DNA of 64,000 nt from Felis catus (lineage: Eukaryota). The notes under the pieces are model-generated. The model searched no databases and was not told where the DNA came from. It saw only the letters and a program-made list of their open reading frames with translations. A program made the translations under genes and the position numbers. Shown piece by piece: positions 37,103 through 50,164 of the stretch (its first letter is position 1; every line of letters begins with the position of its first letter). The stretch covers positions 1,426,001 through 1,490,000 of the forward strand of contig NC_058368.1 of assembly GCF_018350175.1 (NCBI RefSeq), in the 5' to 3' direction.

Positions 37103-37935
37103 GAGAACTTAAATATTCTGAAAAGGTCTGAGACTATAGAACTTCTAGAAGAAAGCATAAGGGGAAACTTCATAACATAGCTCTTGGCAATGATTTCATG
37201 GACAGGACACCAAAAGCACAGGCAACAAAAGCAAAAATTGGCAAGGGGGACTACATCAAACGAACAGCTTCTGCACAGCAAATGAAACAACAGAGTGAAA
37301 AGGTAGCCGATAGAATGGGAGAAAATGTTTGCAAACCATGTATCTGTTAAGGAATGAATATCCAAAAATGCAAGAAACACATACAACTCAGTACAAAACA
37401 AACAATCTGATTTTAAAATGGGTAGAGGAACTAAATAGACATGTCTCCAAAGACACAGAGATGGCCAACAGGTATTTGAAAAGATGCTCAGCATCACTAA
37501 TCATCAGGGAAATGTGAATCAAAACCACAATGAGATCTCCCCTCATTCCTGTTAGAATGGCTATCACCAAGAAAAAAAAAAAAAAAGACAAGTATTGGCA
37601 GAAGCGTGGAGAAATTAGAACGTTTGTGCACTATTGGTGGGAATGTAAAATGGTGCAGGCATCCTTTCCTTATAAGGAAAAGGATGAAAAACAGCATAGT
37701 TTCCTCAAAAAATGAAAAATATAACTACTCTATGATCCAGCAGTCCCACTTCTGGGTATTTGTCTAAAGAAATGAAATCAGAATCTTGAAGAGATATTTG
37801 CATCCCTGTGTTCATTGCAGCATCATTCATAATAGCCACGATTTGGAAACAAATATCTACTGACAGGTGAATGGAAAGAAAATGTGGTATATACATATGT
37901 CAGAATATTACTCATTCTTAAAAAGAAGGAAATCT

Positions 37936-38152
37936 GAGGGCACCTGGGTGGCTCAGTCGGTTAAGTATTTGACTCTAGGTTTTGGCTCGTGTCGTGTTCT
38001 CACAGGTTCATAGGTTTGAGCCTTGCATGGGGCCTTGAACTATCAGCATGGAGCCTACTTGGGATTCTCTCCCTTTCCCTCTGCCCCTCCCCTGCTTGTG
38101 TGTGCACACACACACTTTTTCTTTCCAAATAAATAAACATTATTTTTTTAAA
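37936..38152 (+). mobile_element. Can-SINE, TSD aaaaagaaggaaat
   Basis: Nested in L1. Confidence 0.9.
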
Positions 38153-38457
38153 AAAGAAGGAAATACTGCGAATATACTACAATGTGGGTGAAGCTCGAGG
38201 ACATATTATACTAAGTGAAACAAGCCAGTCACAAAGACAAATACGTGGTAATTCCACTTACATGAGGTATCAACGATACTCAAACACATAGAAGCAGAGA
38301 AAATGCAACTGCAAGGAGCTGCAGGAGGGAGAAATGGGGTGTTGCTGTTCAATGGGTGCAAAGTTTCAGTGATGCAAGATGAATAAATTCTAGAGATCTC
38401 TGCACAACACGGTGCCTAGAGTTAACTATACTATGTGCTTAGATGTTTAGAAAGGTA

Positions 38458-38665
38458 GGGGCGCCTGGGTGGCTCAGCTGGTTGAGCGTCCGACCTCAGC
38501 TCAGGTCATGATCTCACAGCTTGTGGGTTCGAGCCCCGCATCAGGCTCTGTGCTGATGGCTCGGAGCCCGGAGCCGGCTTCAGATTCTGTGTCTCCCTCT
38601 CTCTCTGCCCTCCCCCCATTCGCGCTGTCTCTCTGTCTCAAAAATAAATAAACATTTAAAAAATT
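38458..38665 (+). mobile_element. Feliform Can-SINE
   Basis: SINE consensus. Confidence 0.95.
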
Positions 38666-38744
38666 TTTGTTTTAAGTTTAGGAAGTAGATCCAATGTTGA
38701 TATGCTTATGACAAAAAAACAAAAACAAAAAAAACAAAACCCAA

Positions 38745-39310
38745 CTCTCTGGCTTCCCACCTTGTGCAAAGCAAAAGCCAGTCTTCATATTGGCCTTTAA
38801 GGCTCCACCCTCACCACCCTGCCTCATCTCTTACTGCTCCCCCCCCACCCACCCACTGAGCCACACAGACCCCTGGCTGCTCCTTAGGTGTACAAGTTCA
38901 GCTTCCACTTCATGGCCTTTGTGCTTTTGTTCCTTCTCCCTGGGGGGTCCTTCTTTTCTGGATCTCTCCACGGTTCTAACCCTCACTTCCTGCTCCAATG
39001 CTGTCTTCTCATCAACCCTCCCCTGATTACTGCTCTAAAGCTGCACGCATGCATGCACGCACACACGTACTACCTGTACTCCCCATCGCCTTCCTCTGCT
39101 TTATTTTTAGCTACATAGGCGATCCCCTTCTGACGTGTTCTATAATTTGCCTATCGGTTGGTTTGTGTCTGTTCTCTCCCACTAGAACCACTGCACACCA
39201 GCAGGTGCTGTTTGTCTTTTCCATGTTCTAGTGCATCCCTGACCCTTGGAACAGCACCTGGCACACAGTAGATGCTCAGTAAGCGTTTGATAGATAAATC
39301 AACTGAAAGT
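38745..39310 (+). mobile_element. L2 3' remnant
   Basis: Ends acagcacctggcacacagtagatgctcagtaagcgtttga. Confidence 0.75.
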
Positions 39311-39779
39311 GAATGAACTGGCTTTCTGGCTTTTACTTTCGTCTCGTGAGTCTTATGAGCATGAGAAAAATCATCCTCTAATTCATCGATTACAGATGCA
39401 CCAACAAACCAAGCAAGGACCAGACAGGAATTGTAGGGACTCCACTGCTAGTCCTGTCCCTGGCATCTCTGGGACTCCCACGGGAACAATATATAATCTC
39501 TATTCCTTGGGCAGCTGGCACCTCCTCTGAGTCCTGCAAGAGTGCTAAGCTGCTAAACTAAAACTTGAGGAACAAGGAGATCATCTGGATCCTTGCGTGC
39601 ACGGACGTATACTGGGCCTTTGGGAAGGAAGGCCTCTGGATCAGAGACCAACGAAAAGGGAACCTTTGCACTGTGGATGGAGATCGACAGCTTTGCAGTT
39701 CTCAGAAGATGACTCAGAAACCACTCAGGACAATAGCTGCTTGGGCTAGTCCTTCCAATTAATTTCTTATTTTCTAATG

Positions 39780-40100
39780 GTTAGCCCACAGTGCAGAAAC
39801 CTGGCAAACACAGCCGACGAAAGCAAACATCCCCAGTGACGTCATGTGGCTATCATGTGGCCCCGGACAGGATGTGAGAAGAGCACTTCACCTCCGGGGT
39901 ATTCTTTCCAAAACCCAACCCGTCTCACCTCGAGAACACCAGGCACACCCGGACTGGGGATATTGTGCAGAAGACCTGGCCAGGGCTCCGTCGTGGTCAT
40001 GAACAGCAAGGCCCGACTGAGAGACTGTCACAGACCAGAGGCGACTGAATGAATGTGGTGTCTCAGAGGACGTTCACGGGCAGACTGGTACCTGAATTAT
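39780..40100 (+). mobile_element. Old L1 (L1MC-like) 3'UTR remnant
   Basis: agaaacctggcaaacac..gactgagagactgtcacagaccagagg. Confidence 0.55.
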
Positions 40101-42449
40101 GCACTTGCCAACCTCGCCAAAGCGAGCGAGCCTCTTGGAAGCCGGCCCCCACGACGACAAACTGAAAGGCAGAGGCTGCTCGTTTGGAAGTCCTACAATG
40201 TCTCCCTGAGAGGCCGGAGGGCTTGGCTTGTGCTCACATACCGGGTCGTCCCTTCGGTTCCCCTTCGGATCAAGTCCTGGCTCCGTCCGCGGTTTCCAGG
40301 CCTGCCTTCCTGCCTTCCTTCCAGGCCGCAAGCACGCTGTCCGCTGCTCTCAATTTGGAAATTGTAACTTTTTCAGCCCTCACGTGGGAATCGACACACT
40401 GGCTCTCTCGACGCTGTCGCGACCAGTCTTTTGCGTTGACCCTCCTCGCCGTACATTGCGCACTGTGACAGCTACAGGCCTAGGCCGGGTGTACCTCTGC
40501 CGCACGTGTCCCAAGAACAGCACACGTGGGAAAACAGAATTGAAACACATACGTGAACGTGCCCCCACACCGCCCCCACTTGTGTCTTCCACGCCCAAAC
40601 CACCATGGGGACCACCAGGAAGCTCCGGCCTTGCTCCCTCGTACTGGCCCGCACCATTAGGCTGGATGGCCTCCCCGGGTCCGTTTATCTGAAATTGCGA
40701 TGGCCCGTCGATGCCGTGAAACCAACAGGCCGTGAATGACATCCACCGACACCCCACATCCCCCAGCGACGTCATCTTCTTAGCAGGGATCCCAAACCTG
40801 GGTCCAGAGACTATGGCGGCCTCCGTGGGCTCATAAGAGAAGGAATCAGGCTGGCCCTGATAATAGTGCAGCAATTCCGAGAAGACGAGACGGTGGAAGG
40901 GAAAGGAGTGGGAGCCAGAAGCTGTAGGAAGAAGCAGAGGCTTGACTTGCTCAATGAAACAACCTGCCGGCGGGTCACAGAGTGAGGGGTTGAGTCATCA
41001 GGGTCTGAGGAGTACCTAAAACTTAATCAGATGAAGAGAAAGAGCCTTTTCCAAGTTGAAAACTTCCTCCGTGTCTTGCCACATTCCCTTTTTCAGTGAA
41101 GTTCAGTATCTGGAACATTCAGATCGCCTGCCCCCCCTTCCTAGTTTCCTCATCTTATACAACGGCATCAAAATCTGCACAGTCGCCAGAGCGGACGACT
41201 CAGGAAGTCTGGTATCACCTTTCTCAGGGCATCACTGATGACCGTCAGTCCCACCCGCGGGAGACCTTCCAAATTCACTGCCTTGTCAGCCCCCACCTAG
41301 ACCACAACAGGCCCCACCTGCAGCTCAGTCCCTTCTGTTGTCAGGTGGGACTTTCTGAAATCCCAATGTGACAGGGCCACTCAGAACCTACAGACCGCTT
41401 AGGCTCTGTGTTGCTTTGGGGGAGGTCCACACATTGCTTTGAGCTCGGCACTCTTTACCGTGTGGATCCGGCCCCAGCCCCAGCTCCTCTCCCAGAGCTC
41501 TCTTTCAGGCTGCAGGGAACCACCCCACCTTCCTGGGGCACCCGGCACCCTTCTCCACCCTGCTGCCTCTGCCAGGAAGGCTAGCTGACTCTTCCTTGCT
41601 ACTCAAGACCGGGCTCAGAGGCTGTCTCCTGCGAGGCCTTCTAGGGTACAGCGAGAGGCAATTAGTTACGATGTCCTGTGTATATGATCCTCTGGGCCCT
41701 AACCGATTTTATTCTAGCATCTTGCTGTCTCGCAGTAAACTTCGGCGAGGCAGATACTAACTGCCTGATGCCCGAAGCCTCACGGCTGCTCAAAAGACGT
41801 TATAACGTAAACGAATGTGACGGGCGTCTGTGCACCCCGAGCCAGAACAACTCCCACACGGTTCCTGACTGGGGACGCTGGTTCGAATACCACCACAGCC
41901 TTGGAAAGGTGTCTCCCTACTTCCCAGGCGAAGCTGGGAAGCTGGTCACCTGAATTTGAAAGGCTGGAGGGTCACTGGGCGGGCAGCTGTCGGGGAGCCC
42001 TGCAGTGGCATCCTGTGATCCAAGTTCTTGTGATGGGCTGACCTCATGCAGGGTGGGGGGTACTTGGGCTGCTATTTGCTAGAGTATTTGGGGAACGGGT
42101 GCTAGAACAAGACTCCACATCAAAGAGGATAACGGGGTGTTGGGTTAAACAGCTGTATTTACTGTAGGATTTTGGAGACTTTAGTTTCCCGTAGACCTGT
42201 GAGTGCCCAAGGGCGGGGCAGTCGGAGGAGTTTCCCAAACACGTCTGACCATAGAGCCCCAGGGCACTCACTGTAGAATCCACTTTGGGAAACACTGGCC
42301 CCCAATGGTGCATTTTTACTGAGTGGCTGACGAAGGAACCAGAACAAAGTGTTTGCTTCCTCACTCGTCATGGTCACTATGAAATAAGTCAATCATTTTA
42401 GAATCAAACACTGGTCTTTCTCAGAAAGACCGGAAGAAAAAAGACGTCT

Positions 42450-42841
42450 TTATGCAGTCAAAAACCTTTATTCAGAATAAGCATTAGCGAAATGAAGGCA
42501 GTTGCCTCAGGGCCACGGAGTACTCAGAGGCAGATTTGACAATAATTACGAAAATACTTCGCTACAGATTAAAATACGGAATCACACTAAAAATAAAAGG
42601 TGAAGATCCTCAGACGATTTGCTCTCTTGCTTGCCCAGGTGGCGGGGAGTGACCAGCCCTCGGGCCCAGTGTGCTGGGAACCCAAGGCGGGGACACGATC
42701 AGCCCCGCGGCTGTGGCCAGGCCCCGGGCCTCCACGAAGACTGCCCGGCTCCCCACTGGTCCCGAGTGGTGGGGTTGGGTGCTGGTGACTCCACCGAACG
42801 GGACTCCCGGTAAGGAAGGCCGGTGGCTTCACAGGAAGCTC
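42450..42841 (-). other. CRYL1: CRYL1 3'UTR (cleavage site approximate)
   Basis: Lies between the stop codon and the AATAAA / U-rich downstream element. Confidence 0.8.
42467..42472 (-). promoter_or_regulatory. CRYL1: Polyadenylation signal AATAAA of CRYL1
   Basis: tttatt on plus, about 370 nt after the stop. Followed on minus by U-rich gtcttttttcttccg. Confidence 0.8.
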
Positions 42842-42955
42842 TTATTGGGACGGCATCTGCCTTTTCAGCTTGGCGAGTCTCTGCAGACATTCGTCCCTCC
42901 ACCGCCGTCTGGCAGCTAAATGCTCCGGATCCGCGGGAACCTTCAGGCACATGGC
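42842..42955 (-). CDS. CRYL1: CRYL1 last coding exon, [37 protein letters not shown]
   Basis: Polypyrimidine tract plus ttcccag|GCCATG. TAA at 42842-42844. Matches CRYL1 C-terminus [20 protein letters not shown]. Confidence 0.97.
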   Translation of the reverse strand, partial: AMCLKVPADPEHLAARRRWRDECLQRLAKLKRQMPSQ

Positions 42956-43334
42956 CTGGGAATAGGAAAAGAAAAGACAAGACAAAAAATCCCAGAGCGT
43001 GCAGAGGAACTAACGTACCAGGAGAGTAACTGTTCCTAGTTATTCAAACTGTGCATTTGCTCTTAAAAACAAAAGCAACTTAGTAACCCCTCAATTAACA
43101 TAAACTTTCCGAATCCACAGAGGCCTGCAGCTCCTCTGAGACCATTCAGATGAGCCACCAGTTCATCGGTCACACCGCTCGAAGGTCTCCTGTGACCACG
43201 ACAGGACCGTGGACGCCAAGTCAGGAGTGAGGAACCACCAGGATCCAAGGCAAAGCCTGGCTACAAATAAAACCTCACCTGTGGCACAGGGCTTCCCCTC
43301 GGCCTGCACGAGTCTCTAGAAGGGGTCTACGTAC

Positions 43335-43441
43335 CTGGTTAACTTTTTCAACAGTGGCCCCGGAAAACTCTGGAATGGGTCCAAAAGTCTTTAGGACACG
43401 TTTCATGCCTTCACTGTATCTGTCACAGTAGCTTAACATAC
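43335..43441 (-). CDS. CRYL1: CRYL1 penultimate coding exon (exon 7 equivalent), [36 protein letters not shown]
   Basis: tttcag|GTATG...AACCAG|gtacgt. 107 nt, phase 1 to 0, in frame with the flanking exons. Matches CRYL1 [20 protein letters not shown]. Confidence 0.97.
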
Positions 43442-43833
43442 CTGAAATCACGAAAGCAAGAACCCACAATATCAGCAAGAACGCTATAAAACTCCAAATG
43501 AAGAAATCTACTCAGAGGGTCTCACCCTAGCTCAGGCTTAGGTTCTTCTCCTCCTGTGGATGAAGAAAAGGTGCAGGGGGACGCCCACCGCAGTCGGCTG
43601 GCCCCGGGGAACGAGCGTCCTCACCGATGTCACTACTCAAGCTTTCCATCAGATCTTAAAATCCTGAAAAGTGACGGGACCCTCGGGCCTCTGTCAGCAC
43701 CTCTTACAGACTTTTGGGTTGGCCTGTGTTCCTGCACTGATTTGTAGAATATCACATTCAGTTCTATTTTCACCAAAAAGGTCTCCAACGATGTGTCTGT
43801 AAGGTTACTTCTGTGAATGGCTCGAATGCATTT

Positions 43834-44055
43834 AAAAAAATTTTTTTGACGTTTATTTATTATTAGTGAGAGACAGAGAGAGACGGAGAATGAGTGGGGG
43901 AGGGGCAGAGAGAGAGGGAGACACAGAATCCGAAGCAGGCTCCAGGCTCCGAGCCGGCAGCCCAGAGCCCGACGGGGGGCTCGAACCCACGGACCGCGAG
44001 ATCACGACCTGAGCCGAAGTCGGACGCTCAACCGACTGGGGCCCCCAGGCGCCCC
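43834..44055 (-). mobile_element. Feliform Can-SINE, TSD ctcgaat(g/t)cattt
   Basis: Reverse-complement SINE adjacent to the CpG island. Confidence 0.95.
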
Positions 44056-44179
44056 TCGAATTCATTTTCTAAGAACCAAAGGTGTCAAAGCTCCCTAAAT
44101 CCGCCCCGTCTCGCACTTACTCCCTGAGTTCTAGTTACCACTTTGCTGGGAGTCTGCAAGGTGGCGGGTTCTTCGGCAC

Positions 44180-44800
44180 AGGCTGCATTTACCTGAGAGG
44201 CAGGCTCCGCGGGCGCACCCGCTTCGGCTCTGGCCAGCGGACCGGCGCCCGGCCACCCCGAGCCCGGGGCGGCATCTGTCCCCTGGCGGCGCTGCTCTGC
44301 ACCTGCTCCTGCAGCTCCGGGGCCCTCGGGAAGCCTGGGTCTCGGGGCCTAAGACGGGAGCCTAGGATTCTGGTGGAGAAACCCACGAAGAGGAGGCTTA
44401 TCCCGGAGGGGAGGGGGAGAGGGAGAAGCAGCGCGGGCCGGCTGAGGCCGAAGCTGCTATTTCCTGGGAGAGGCGGAGGTGCCCCGGGAGGAAGCCCCAG
44501 GCAGGCCGCGCGGCCTCCCCACGCGGGGCGGGCTTGCCGGACGGCTCTGCAGGCAAACGGCCAGCTCGGCCCGCGCCCCGCCCCGCCCCGCGGGCACCTG
44601 CGGCCGGGCCGGTGCGGGGGCGTGCGCCGGGACACGCGTCAGGTCCCAGGCCGGTCCCAGGTACGTGCGTGCACCGGGAGGCGTCTCCCGGGCCCGGGCC
44701 CCGCCGAGGCCAGGCGCGGAGCCGCCTGCTATTCCGCCTCTGGCCCATTTCCGACATTTTCCAGAACCAGACTCTGCGTTCGGCGGGTCAGGCGAAAGAG
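44180..44800. promoter_or_regulatory. Intragenic CpG island in the CRYL1 intron between exon 6 and exon 7 equivalents, with tandem GC boxes
   Basis: Very high GC and CpG content. gccccgccccgccccgc (overlapping Sp/KLF boxes) at about 44575-44591. Confidence 0.75.
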
Positions 44801-47552
44801 AGAGCGAGGGAACAAACGCAACTGTGGGTTTTGCAGAGATCCCAGAGCGTGGCTCCCACCCACGCCACGAAAAGTGTGTCTGATTAAGTTCAAATAAAAA
44901 TGACCACCGCCCGACACTCTTAACAGCTTCTTCGGGGTCTGGTTTGGGTGCGGCTACACTGACGTGAAAGCCTCAATTCACTGGGGGTCCATCTTGGCTC
45001 CAATGGTTTCCTCTTTCAGAGTGCTCAAGTTAAACCCGATTTGCTCTCAGAAGAGAAAGTGATTTCAAGGGTACACATTTCAAGCATACCAACTTTTCTG
45101 ACATTAGCACCTATAATTAAGTGGTAGATACTGTCGTTTCAAAATAAGGGGTTTCAAATAAAAATAAGGAGTTTTGTTTCCTTTGACATAAGCATAACTT
45201 GACAGTCGGGATTCAGGGAGGCTCCTAAATGTCCTACGCTGGCTAGCCATCTTGAATGGCATGGCATTTCTGGAACACAGAAAACAACCCGTGCATTTAT
45301 TTCCTTTTGAAAATTAAATATCTGCTTCACTTTATCCATTTGTTTATTTACTCGAACTAAAGGTGATAAAATCTAGACGCGAATACAGTGTGTTCCTTTT
45401 GGTGGGGCAGAGACACTAGAATCAAGCAACGTATAAAGATACCAAGCGAGAAGAAAACGGGAAAAATTCCTGTAGCTGAGGACTGCCCGCCTGGAATGAA
45501 AGCAGAGGCTCTCAGGGACCAATTCCACCCCCCACCCTGTGTGAGCAGTAACCCACAGGGTCCTGTGCACATACTGTGTCTCACTTCTGGATCACTTTAC
45601 ATCTGCTGAATAAGTGTTCGCCTTTCCCTGTCCCTGCGAAGTCATTTTAGTCTCCCAAGGGCTTTCTAGAACTTTTTTCCCTCTCCCTTTTGTAAAATCT
45701 GTCGTTTTAAAGGGCATTTATTTCTTCAAACTAGAATACAAGATAGTAAGAATCCTTGTCGCACAATTCATAACTTCCTCCGTACTGTTCAGGAAACCAC
45801 TGAAAATTTCACTCTTACTAATATAAAAATGCTTTCTGTAACAGGCCCTCGGGCTCTTGGGACAAACAGCCCCGTTGTTTGTGGTGAAGGTAAGGAACGA
45901 ATAGGGCGCGTGCCTGCAGACCGTCCCCCACCACCTGCAGAGAAGCTGGACACCCCTGGGAGGGCTCGCCCCCTTACCCAAGATGCAAGTTCGTGGTGAC
46001 TTACAGTCACGACCTGCAACGTCCCAGGACACTGATCATTGCTACTGTTATTTGCAATCTGTCCTCTTCTACTACGCAAGTATTAAAAGGAGTGTTTTTA
46101 CTCCATTTCCACCAATAACTTTGGCTTCTCTACACTATGAAAGGAGGTGTGTGGCAATTATCCCATAATACTAATTTCACTGGAAATGGGGAGGAAAAGA
46201 AACCATTTCACCTTCTGTCCTTCTAGTCCATCCTTCCCTTACGTTACTACGAACTCGGGCCTTCGCCTGTATTTTTTCTCCTCCACGTCCTTGCCCTCTG
46301 TCCTGTTCAACAATATACTTCCCAAAACTCTCTTGAGCTTAGCTTTTTACAGGATTTTGAACCTGATTTCTTAAGAGATGCTTATATGGAATAAGAAAAA
46401 GTGGGGGAAAGACGTGATTCTCATGAGATTAGATTCAGCGTGGCTTGCTGCTTTCTAAGTTGGAATTCTTCAGCTGTGAGCCCACAAGGGCGAGACAACG
46501 TGCTTTCTTGAACCTTCAACATAAGCCAAGGTGGGTGGAGAGAGAGAGAGCGCCTTCCTCTGCGTTTATGCAACAGCCAGCAGGCACACGGTCCTACTGT
46601 CACCCGCGGCAGCGGCAGCTCCTGAGACGGGCTCTGGGTGTTCAGTTTCTTGGAGAGCCCTGACCGCTACCCACACCAGAGGAGTCTGGTTTCCACACGG
46701 CGTATGAACCCGCACCGACGTATGAACCCACACCTACGTGAATTCACCTGCTTTTAAGAGGCAGAGTTTCACAGAACTTATTAAGGAAGATCAAAAAGGC
46801 CCCAAAGCACAGAGCAACATTATCTAACTCCCACCTGAGTGAGACCTCACCTGAGGTCAGGGAGGCGGGTGGAGACAGAAACCTACCTGGGGCCCCTTAA
46901 CTCCAGAAGGTCCCAGCTCCAGCAGTTCACCTGTTTCACTGAAGCTAACAGCTCTGTGTAAATGAGCCAAACCCAGCAAGTAAGCACCTCAATTAAAAAA
47001 AATAAATTTAAAAAAAAGACAAGCATCTCTACACAGGAGGAAATTTTACAAGGCAGGATGGCAAACATTGGCTTCAACTGGAGGTGATTTCCGGGGCCTG
47101 CCGATTCTCAGACAGTCATTCTCCAGGTAGAAGTAAACTCATGAGGCGCCCAAAAAGCTGCTGTAGGTATCAAATGGGCAGTTCTCTTCGCTGACCCAGT
47201 AGTCTGAAAGCTTAGCAAAGAAACCAACCAAACGGTTGAAGTCTGGAGATGTCACTATTCTACTGCAAAAATGCCCTAATCTGTATTCATTCTGTATTTC
47301 TTCCCCATGCACTTGTGAATCTTTTGGGGAGAGTTAAAAAGGGAAAAAAAAAACTGGAAGAGTAGTGAATTAAAAAACAAGACACCGAATGAACAGAATA
47401 CTGATTAAGGGGCCTCATCTGTGTCAGCCATCGAGACAAACATTTCCATCTGGCTTCATCCTCACAGCACCCTTGAAAGGAGTCCCTGCTGCCAGGCCCA
47501 TTTGATGGGGGGGGGGGGGTACTCGCTTGCAAGAGGCTGGTTAGCATAATGG

Positions 47553-47756
47553 TGTTTTGTTTTGTTTAATTTTTGAGAGAGAGAGACTGTCAGAGTGCTT
47601 AGCGGGGGAAGGGCAGAGAGAGAGGGAGACACAGAATCCGAAGCCAGCTCCAGGCTCCGAGCTGTCAGCACAGAGCCCGACGCGGGGCTCAAACTCACAG
47701 ACCGTGAGATCATGACCTGAGCTGATGCTTAACTGACTGAGCCACCCAGGTGCCCC
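47553..47756 (-). mobile_element. Feliform Can-SINE inserted in a MIR, TSD aggct(g/a)gttagc
   Basis: Reverse-complement SINE with TSD. Confidence 0.9.
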
Positions 47757-50058
47757 TAGGCTAGTTAGCTGAGAAATCAGGTAGGAACCCAGGCCGACTG
47801 GCTCCGCTGACCAGACCCCCCTCTTCAGAGAGTCTGTCCTTGCTGAGGGTGGCTTTTAAAAGTCAGCCAAAAGGCAAAGTAGGCAAGCTGGCCTCCTGTT
47901 TTTTAGGTGCTATTAAAGACAAATCCTAAAATACTTTTACCACTTCTAGATAAACTGTAGCTTTAAGACTAATAACTGGCCTTAACCTGAGATGCTGGCT
48001 TTAGGAAAACGACATCAGAAAAAAAGAACCCTCTCCGTCCAATCTTGATATATTCTGGATGACACTATGAAGAATAATGAACATTTCCATTGGTTACAAG
48101 CCAGATCTTATAACACTCTAACTCTGGTCTTTGGAATGCTCTGAAGTTGAAAACTACATCCGTCCACCATTATCATATTAAGCCAATTAGGTTTTCTTAT
48201 CATATCTGCTTTGTTTGAAAAATTGTTGCGGGCCTCCTTCCTGTCTGCCACACTATTTGGTTCTTGAGTTTCTGGTTTCATTGGCTTTCGTTTCTATTTG
48301 TCTGAGAGTCAGAGCTGTTCTCAGCTGTCTCCCTATTGATTTCTCATGATACCTGAGTTATCTTATTATTCTGAAGAAAAGAAAATTACAGAGAAAAACA
48401 TGGCAGTTATCAAGCCGTGTTGATATGCATGCCAAGTGTTTAAATATGTTTGCCACCTTTAAGGTGCCGGCCGAAAAAGCATTTGAAATTCTCCCAGACT
48501 TTATTTTAATGATACTTCAAAACCCTCGTTTCACTTTTAAAGAAAGAGGCCTCTTTCTTTACATTATCCTCCTGTGTTCAACCGTCCTCCTGCCTCCCTG
48601 TTCCTGCAGCGGCTCTCAGCCACGCTCACTGGAGGAAGAGTCAAGTCGGGTACTGAACCCCACCTGCACGACCCGCAAGGCACCGTATGCGCACCTGCAA
48701 GATTACGTCTGGCGAAACTGCCCCAACATATTCACCGGAAGTCCTACTTCATTAATTACGGTGCTGAAAACTGAAGCATTACCAAAACATTGTGGAATCA
48801 CAAAATCTCAGTCAAACAGACTCCTGATTTCCAGCTTCATTACAGGCATCTCTGCTCGGTATCTAAACATCCTGCCAGGTGGCCGACCGGCCCCAACTGC
48901 TCTATTCACCGTGCGCAGCATGGCCCTCTCCCTCAACGTCAGCCCCAGGAACTAGAAACTTCCTGCCATGTGCTGAGCCCAAACCCGTCTGTCTGCCACG
49001 TCCACGCCCACAAAAGACACCCACGCACGTACACACACACTTCTCCGCTCACCTTCTTCTGGATAAGTTCCAGTTTCTCAGTATTTCAATTAAGTGTGGA
49101 CCGTTGGAGCTAAATACAACACTCCCTTTCTCTCCCTACATACGTTTTACAGGCATAATATAAATATTAAAATAACATGGCAATAATTATGAAAACTATA
49201 ACAACACAGAAAGGCAAAGAGGTGATAAAAGTTACCTGTAATTTCAACACTAAGAGATAGCAGGTACTGATGACATTTAGGTGATATTTGCCTAGATTTT
49301 TATTCATAGCATTTTAAACTTATTTTGTTTCAGTCTAGTGTAGGTTTCAGTGCTTGTTTCCCGAACGGCGTCTTGTTTCTGATTCACTTGAAGTGTGGCT
49401 GACAGTTTCATTCTTGGAAGCTTCTCACCTTTCTCAATCTATCTTCCTGTTAGAGTCGCTAGATCGTGGGCTCGGCCCTACTTCCCCAGACCCTCTGAAG
49501 TCGGCTTCAGTCGGCTTCTGAAGTCGGGGTGACTGGCCTGGCCCGAGCACCGCCCGTGCCCAGCGCAGCCCCCTCCCCTGCAGAGCCGCCTCCCCACTGG
49601 CTTCCCAGCCTCCTGGCGGGAAACCTCCAGCTCCAAATGTCACACTTAGAAGTTGCTCAGATTTAGGCAGGAGAGACGTACGGCATTTCCCTATCTGTTC
49701 TCCTTGCCTCTGTAAACAGCCGCATCATCTTTCTCAGGAGAACACAACTTTCTGGGTAACGTGGCAAAGTCTCCATGACCACACGCACCTGTCTTTCTCT
49801 TCCTTCCCGCCTGAGTGCCCTCTGCCGCGCAGAGCCCTGGGGTTCATGGATTCCATGTGGACTGACATCTCAGGACACTACGACCTGTCGCAGCCCCCGT
49901 CTGTGAATTACCAGGGCTGGCCGCCGTCTCCTTCATATGATACTGTTTCTATCCAGTTGTTTAAAAACAAAAAGGCAAAACTGTACTGTTTACAAAACCC
50001 CTAAGAACATTAAACAGCACAGAACTCCCATCTTAGCCCCTACGGAAGCAAAGCGTAC

Positions 50059-50164
50059 CTTCTGCATTGAGATGCATAGTTTCTAGGGGTCCGATGAACG
50101 CATACCGCATGCCCAGGCCATCTGACATGACAAGGTCAAGGTCGCTCGGAGACACTATTCCTTC
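50059..50164 (-). CDS. CRYL1: CRYL1 internal coding exon (human exon 6 equivalent), [36 protein letters not shown]
   Basis: Minus strand ttctccatttag|GAAGGA...GCAGAAG|gtacgc. 106 nt, phase 0 to 1. Translation matches the lambda-crystallin C-terminal domain as recalled. Confidence 0.97.

Larger units (their letters stand above)
36080..38450 (+). mobile_element. L1 (L1MA/MB-like) ORF2 3' half plus 3'UTR, with nested SINEs
   Basis: acagatgacatgatctt (RT ADDM-like region), ttcatggattggaagacttaatatt, ttcaacaaatggtattgggaaaac, aaattctagagatct. Confidence 0.9.

Noticed and set aside
44082..44897. 271-aa plus-strand ORF antisense to CRYL1
   Set aside because: Arg/Gly/Pro-rich by-product of the CpG island, with several frames open simultaneously.
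46701..46740. Short tandem duplication cgtatgaaccc (x2), and similar ones at about 33881 and 63470
   Set aside because: Ordinary slippage duplications. No array or spacer structure, not CRISPR-like.
48425..48955. 176-aa plus-strand ORF
   Set aside because: No recognisable homology or supporting splice structure. Antisense intronic, plausible by chance.
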